Shown here: in pieces, positions 40,041 to 44,303 of the stretch
Position numbering within the stretch: position 1 is the first letter of the stretch
Layout of the letters: the number at the start of each line of letters is the position of its first letter
Assembly (NCBI GenBank): GCA_022616315.1
Contig: JAKEEX010000143.1
Location: 1 to 44,303 of the forward strand
Source of the DNA: Myxococcaceae bacterium
GTDB taxonomy: Bacteria; Myxococcota; Myxococcia; Myxococcales; Myxococcaceae
Direction: 5' to 3'
DNA: 44,303 bases
Translations under genes and position numbers: made by a program
Notes under the pieces: model-generated
The model's input: the letters and a program-made list of their open reading frames with translations, nothing else
What the model was told of the DNA's origin: nothing
Database searches by the model: none

Positions 40041-40739
40041 ATGGACGACGTGACGGCGGTGACGATGCCGCTCAGACGCGTGCAACTCGTGGCGTCGGAA
40101 GCGCGCGTCGTGGCGCAGGCGCTCCGGTCTCCTGGCGCGGGGAGCACCGAGGCCGCGGGCATCTGCACGGACATCTACCTGGACGGGCCGGACGCGAGCC
40201 TCGCGGAGCGGGCACGTCAGGCCTCACGGAGTGCCACCCGCGCCGTGCTCCGGGACGTCCCAGGGGAAGATGCGCTGCTGCTGTCCCTCGAGGTGGAGCG
40301 GGATGGCTGGCTCGCCCTCCGACGCATGCGCGTGCCCCGCTCGCGCCGCTGGCTCGTGCTGGGCGCCTCCGCGGCGTCCGAGCTCTTCCCCCACCTCCCC
40401 GCGGGCGTGGCCCCCGTGCTCGCCGTGCGCTGTCGTCGCACGGTGCTGCGACACGCGGAGGGCTGGTGGGTGAGCCTGGACGAGGCGCTGCAGCGCTGGC
40501 GCACCAGCGCCGAGGCGCTCGCCACCTCACGCAACGAGCTGGTGGAGGCCGTGCCGGCACTGCCCGGCGCGGTCCTGACCCTCGAGGGCACTGGACGCTG
40601 TGTGCCGACGTGGCTCGAGCTGCTGCTGCAGACGGCCCCGCGCTGCACGGACGTCTTCACCTGGGGAGGCAGCTCGAGCGCCTCGCAGAGCACGCCCACC
40701 GTCCGACCCGCCAGCGCGGGGGACGATGCGCGACGGTGA
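40041..40739 (+). CDS. Hypothetical protein, weakly VTC/CYTH-like
   Basis: ATG at 40041 preceded by GGGGGAG. The segments ICTDIYLDGPDASL, PVLAVRCRRTVL and AVLTLEGTGRCVPTWLELLL loosely resemble the bacterial VTC-domain pattern (SlYFDtpd..., Y.R.a, vlElK....P.Wl..ll). The conserved basic residues are mostly absent. The upstream part of the listed ORF (39324-40040) is antisense to the methyltransferase-like gene. Confidence 0.4.
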   Translation: MDDVTAVTMPLRRVQLVASEARVVAQALRSPGAGSTEAAGICTDIYLDGPDASLAERARQASRSATRAVLRDVPGEDALLLSLEVERDGWLALRRMRVPRSRRWLVLGASAASELFPHLPAGVAPVLAVRCRRTVLRHAEGWWVSLDEALQRWRTSAEALATSRNELVEAVPALPGAVLTLEGTGRCVPTWLELLLQTAPRCTDVFTWGGSSSASQSTPTVRPASAGDDARR

Positions 40740-40807
40740 GCAACCTGGGGAGCACGGGCGCTCACCGTGAGGGCTTTCGCCCCGGCGAGTCCGTACAGTG
40801 GCCCCAC

Positions 40808-42766
40808 ATGCACGTCGGACCCCTCACACCCCAGACGCGCGCCACCGTGGCGGAGGCGCTGCACGCCCTGGGAAAACGGAACCTGGTGCTCGGCATCATG
40901 GCCCCGAGCTACCCCGGCCTTCCCGACGAGGACCCGGGGCGTGGAACTCCCTACTCCCGGGGTGGAAAGGCCTTCCTCCGCTTCGCGGCTGCGCTCGGCT
41001 TCACGGGCGTGCAGGCCGGCCCGCAGGGGCAGACCTCCGAGGACAACGCCTCGCCGTACGACGGGACGCTCTTCTCCCGGAACTTCATGGACATCCCGCT
41101 GACGTCCCTCGTGTCGGCGGAGCCGTGGGGCGGCCTCCTGAGCGCGCGGACGCTGGAGGCCATCGTCGCGAAGAGGCCGCCAGGCAGCCAGACGCGCGCG
41201 GCCCACCGCCACGTGTACCGCGTGATGGAGGGCGCGCTGCGCGACGCCTTCGGTGAGCTGTGTCGCCGGCGCGACGCGGGAGAGGCCCGCCTTCCGCTCG
41301 ACGCGCTCGAGGCCTTCGGACGCGAGCACGCCGGGTGGCTCACGCGCGAGGCGCTCTACGAGCCGCTCTGCCGGGAGCACCGCGCCGGCTGGTGGCGCGA
41401 GTGGCGCACGTCCGACGGCCGGCCCCATCCGGACCAGCGGCTGTGGGCGCCCCGGCCGGGCGAAGAGGCAGCGCTCACCCACCGTCGCGAGGCGCTGCTC
41501 ACGCACCACCGGGAGGCGCTCGAGCTCCATGCCTTCCGCCAGCTGCTCGTGCACACCGAGCACACGCGGCTGCGTGCGCTGGCGCGCGAGTGGGGGCTCA
41601 AGCTCTTCGGGGACCTGCAGATTGGCTACGCGCCGCAGGACGTGTGGGCCTACCAGGCCCTGTTCCTCGAGGACTACCTGATGGGCGCGCCCCCGAGCCG
41701 TACCAACGCCGAGGGGCAGGCGTGGAACTACCCGGTGCTGGACCCGGAGCTCCTGGCCGTGGATGCCGTGGGGGCGCCCGGGCCGGGCCTGAGGCTTGTG
41801 CAGGCGCGGATGGACAAGATGCTGTCCGAGTTCGACGGAGTGCGCATCGACCACCCCCACGGGCTGGTGGACCCGTGGGTGTACCGGACGGGCGCGCAGA
41901 ACGCGCTGCGAGCGGTGCAGCAGGGCGCGCGCCTGCGCTCCTCACCCACTGTGCAGGAGCACCCGCGTCTCGCGCGCTTCGCGATTCCCTCGCCGGCGCA
42001 GCTGAACGCGGACGCGCGGACGCCGCGCTATGCGGATGACTGGGTGGTGTCGCTCACGCCCGAGCAGGTGGAGCGCTACGCCGTCACCTTCGACGCCGTC
42101 GTCGCCGCGGCGCTGCGCCACGGTCGCGAGCGCTCGGACCTGGTGTGCGAGGTGCTCAGCACGCTGCCCTACCCGCTCGCGCGGGTGATGGCGCGCCACG
42201 GCCTGGGCCGCTTCCGCGTCACGCAGAAGGCGGACCCGCACCGGCCGGAGGACGTCTACCGCACCGAGCACGCGCGGCCGGAGGACTGGGTGATGGTGGG
42301 CAACCACGACACGAAGCCTCTCGCGCTGCTCCTGGAGGAGTGGCGCCGGAGCCCCGAGGCGTGGCGCGCGCAGGCGGAGATGCTCGCGGAGCGCCTGACG
42401 CCCGAGCCCTCCGGTCGCGCCGCCCACGCCGCCGCCCTGCAGGCGGACCCGCGGCGCATGGCGGAGGCGAAGTTCGCGGACGCCTTCGCGAGCCGCGCGG
42501 AGAACGTCTTCGTCTTCTTCACGGACCTCTACGGCCTGAAGGACGTCTTCAACACGCCGGGGACGGTGAGCGAGCAGAACTGGAGCCTTCGCCTGCCCCC
42601 GGACGCGGAGGCGTTCTACTTCCGCCGGGTCGCCCGCGGGGAGGCGCTCAACCTCCCGCGGGTGCTGGCGCTCGCACTCAAGGCGCGCGGTGAGGAGGCC
42701 GCGCGCCACGGGGCGCTGGTGTCGGCGCTCGAGCAGGACGCCCGGGCGCTCGACGCCGGGACGTGA
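40808..42766 (+). CDS. malQ: 4-alpha-glucanotransferase (amylomaltase, GH77)
   Basis: ATG at 40808, 652 aa. Contains SPYDGTLFSRN, LFGDLQIGYAP, FDGVRIDHPHGLVDPW and VGNHDT, the GH77 catalytic blocks. Confidence 0.85.
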   Translation: MHVGPLTPQTRATVAEALHALGKRNLVLGIMAPSYPGLPDEDPGRGTPYSRGGKAFLRFAAALGFTGVQAGPQGQTSEDNASPYDGTLFSRNFMDIPLTSLVSAEPWGGLLSARTLEAIVAKRPPGSQTRAAHRHVYRVMEGALRDAFGELCRRRDAGEARLPLDALEAFGREHAGWLTREALYEPLCREHRAGWWREWRTSDGRPHPDQRLWAPRPGEEAALTHRREALLTHHREALELHAFRQLLVHTEHTRLRALAREWGLKLFGDLQIGYAPQDVWAYQALFLEDYLMGAPPSRTNAEGQAWNYPVLDPELLAVDAVGAPGPGLRLVQARMDKMLSEFDGVRIDHPHGLVDPWVYRTGAQNALRAVQQGARLRSSPTVQEHPRLARFAIPSPAQLNADARTPRYADDWVVSLTPEQVERYAVTFDAVVAAALRHGRERSDLVCEVLSTLPYPLARVMARHGLGRFRVTQKADPHRPEDVYRTEHARPEDWVMVGNHDTKPLALLLEEWRRSPEAWRAQAEMLAERLTPEPSGRAAHAAALQADPRRMAEAKFADAFASRAENVFVFFTDLYGLKDVFNTPGTVSEQNWSLRLPPDAEAFYFRRVARGEALNLPRVLALALKARGEEAARHGALVSALEQDARALDAGT

Positions 42767-42769
42767 CGC

Positions 42770-44302
42770 CTACTCCGCCATGAACGGATAGCCCACACGC
42801 GTGGGCGGGACGAAGTTCTCCTTGATGGTGCGCGGGGACGTCCAGCGCACCAGGTTCAGCATGGAGCCAGCCTTGTCGTTGGTGCCCGAGGCGCGGCCGC
42901 CGCCGAAGGGCTGCTGACCCACCACGGCGCCGGTCGGCTTGTCGTTGACGTAGAAGTTGCCGGCCGCGTGGCGCAGCAGGCTCATGGCCGTGTCGATGGC
43001 CTTGCGCTCGCGCGCGAAGACGGCACCGGTGAGCGCGTAGGAGGCCGCCTGGTCGCACTCGCGCAGCGTCTCCTCGTAGGCCCCATCCTCATAGACGTGC
43101 GCACCCACGAGCGGCGCGAAGATCTCCTCCTGCATGATGCGGTGGCGCGGGTTGGTGAGCTGCACGAGCGTGGGCTTCACGAACCAGCCCACGCTGCGGT
43201 CCACCTCACCGCCGGCCAGCACCGGGGACTCCGCCCCTCCGGACCTCGCGAGCTCGATGTAGCCCGAGACGTTCTTGAAGGACTTCTCGTCGATGACCGC
43301 GCCCATGAAGTTGCGGAAGTCGGTGACGTCGCCCATGCGGATGTCGGCGATCATCTCCTGCAGCCGCACCTTGAGCTTCGGCCACATGGACTTCGGGACG
43401 TAGACGCGGCTCGCCGCCGAGCACTTCTGGCCCTGGTACTCGAAGCTGCCGCGCACGATGGCCGTGGCCACCGCGTCGAGGTCGTCCGCGGCCGAGGCGT
43501 GCACGAAGATGAAGTCCTTGCCGCCCGTCTCGCCCACGAGGCGCGGGTACTGCTTGTACTTCGAGATGTTCTCCCCCACCCCGCGCCAGAGCGCCTGGAA
43601 GGTGCGGGTGGAGCCGGTGAAGTGGATGCCGCCGAGGTCCGGGCTCGCGAGCGCCGCGTTGCCGATGGTGGGGCCGTCACCGGCGAGGAACTGGACGACG
43701 CCGTCCGGCAGGCCCGCCTCGCGGAGCAGCTCCATCAGGTACCAGGCGGAGAGGACCGCGGTGGGCGCCGGCTTGAGCAGCACGACGTTGCCCATGAGGG
43801 CCGGGGAGATGGCCAGGTTGAGCGCGATGGCCGTGAAGTTGAACGGGGCCACGGCCAGCACGAAGCCGTCCAGCGGCCGGTAGTCCGTCATGTTCCACAC
43901 CTGCGGCCCGCTCTCCGGCTGCATGGAGAGGAGCTGCTCGGCGAAGTGGACGTTGTAGCGGAGGAAGTCGATGGCCTCGCACGCCGAGTCGATCTCCGCC
44001 TGGTACACCGTCTTCGACTGGCCGAGCATGGTGGCCGCGTTGAGGATGGGACGGTACTTCGTGGACAGGAGCTCCGCGGCGCGCAGGAAGATGGCCGCGC
44101 GGTGCTGGAACGATGTGCGGCTCCAGTCCTCCTTCACGGCGAGCGCGTTCTGGATGGCCTGCTGCACGTGGCTCGCGTCCGCCTGGTGCACCGTGGCGAG
44201 CACGTGCTGGTGGCGGTGGGGCATGCGCGCCGTGTCGGTGTGGCCGGTGAGGATGCGCTTGCCGCCGATGAGGACGGGAATCTCGATGCGCTCTCCCTCC
44301 AT
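42770..44302 (-). CDS. pruA: L-glutamate gamma-semialdehyde (1-pyrroline-5-carboxylate) dehydrogenase; N-terminus lies beyond the window
   Basis: Aldehyde dehydrogenase superfamily. Contains FTGSTRTFQALW, ETGGKDFIFVHASAD, the catalytic-Cys block YQGQKCSAASRVYV and EEIFAPL. The C-terminal PFGGGRASGTNDKAG is typical of the PruA-type enzyme. It is open to the window end. Confidence 0.85.
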   Translation of the reverse strand: MEGERIEIPVLIGGKRILTGHTDTARMPHRHQHVLATVHQADASHVQQAIQNALAVKEDWSRTSFQHRAAIFLRAAELLSTKYRPILNAATMLGQSKTVYQAEIDSACEAIDFLRYNVHFAEQLLSMQPESGPQVWNMTDYRPLDGFVLAVAPFNFTAIALNLAISPALMGNVVLLKPAPTAVLSAWYLMELLREAGLPDGVVQFLAGDGPTIGNAALASPDLGGIHFTGSTRTFQALWRGVGENISKYKQYPRLVGETGGKDFIFVHASAADDLDAVATAIVRGSFEYQGQKCSAASRVYVPKSMWPKLKVRLQEMIADIRMGDVTDFRNFMGAVIDEKSFKNVSGYIELARSGGAESPVLAGGEVDRSVGWFVKPTLVQLTNPRHRIMQEEIFAPLVGAHVYEDGAYEETLRECDQAASYALTGAVFARERKAIDTAMSLLRHAAGNFYVNDKPTGAVVGQQPFGGGRASGTNDKAGSMLNLVRWTSPRTIKENFVPPTRVGYPFMAE

Positions 44303-44303
44303 C

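Noticed and set aside
39324-40807. 5' extensions of ORFs 39324..40739 and 39986..42766.
   Set aside because: The extensions are antisense to the methyltransferase-like gene or overlap the 40041..40739 ORF. MalQ family similarity starts only at ATG 40808, and the VTC-like ORF has a plausible start at 40041.
1-44303. Search by eye for rRNA, tRNA, CRISPR arrays, IS/transposase, integrase, phage, toxin-antitoxin, reverse transcriptase or restriction genes.
   Set aside because: None was found. All intergenic spacers are under 240 nt, with no cloverleaf-like or direct-repeat/spacer organisation. No ORF shows DDE, tyrosine-recombinase or RT motifs. The window looks like core chromosome rather than an accessory island. 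A covariance-model scan (tRNAscan-SE/Infernal) would be needed to fully exclude small RNAs.

Overview
This is a very GC-rich bacterial chromosomal segment. It looks myxobacterial, but that is inference only, based on a Hanks-type Ser/Thr kinase, TPR and transglutaminase-like lipoproteins, Pro/Ala-rich linkers and long stop-free antisense frames. I support about 33 protein-coding genes. Most are core or envelope functions: bifunctional trehalose-6-P synthase/phosphatase, PAP2 phosphatase, exonuclease III, a TonB-dependent-receptor-like protein, a GT2 + GT-C glycosyltransferase pair, HemW, an M16 peptidase, PrmA, RsmE, an acyl-CoA carboxylase beta subunit, MalQ and P5C dehydrogenase. I found no rRNA, tRNA, CRISPR array, transposase, integrase or phage genes by eye, so this does not look like a mobile or defence island. 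The best candidate for an undescribed system is a translationally coupled minus-strand operon at 13003-18425. It encodes a double zinc-ribbon/DUF4178 membrane protein, an unlisted 54-codon ORF, a DUF350 protein, a 7-TM-fused spermidine-synthase-like enzyme and a Tat-signal flavin amine-oxidase-like protein. A GT2/GT-C pair follows it and a Ser/Thr kinase faces it. The second notable signal is a 35-nt palindromic repeat (CCCTCTCCC-NNN-GGGAGAGGG core) present four times. Two copies are intergenic. Two are inserted in frame, in the same reading frame, inside genes (the GT-C transferase and HemW), where they encode SPLPLGEG(Q/E)GEGV. Other observations include several apparently catalytically degenerate enzyme folds (transglutaminase-like, archaemetzincin-like, beta-class methyltransferase-like), a GspE-N/MshEN-like protein with a candidate c-di-GMP motif, a TonB-C domain fused to a receptor barrel, and convergent genes that share palindromic stop codons. 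All homology calls come from motif recognition by eye. No searches or computations were run.
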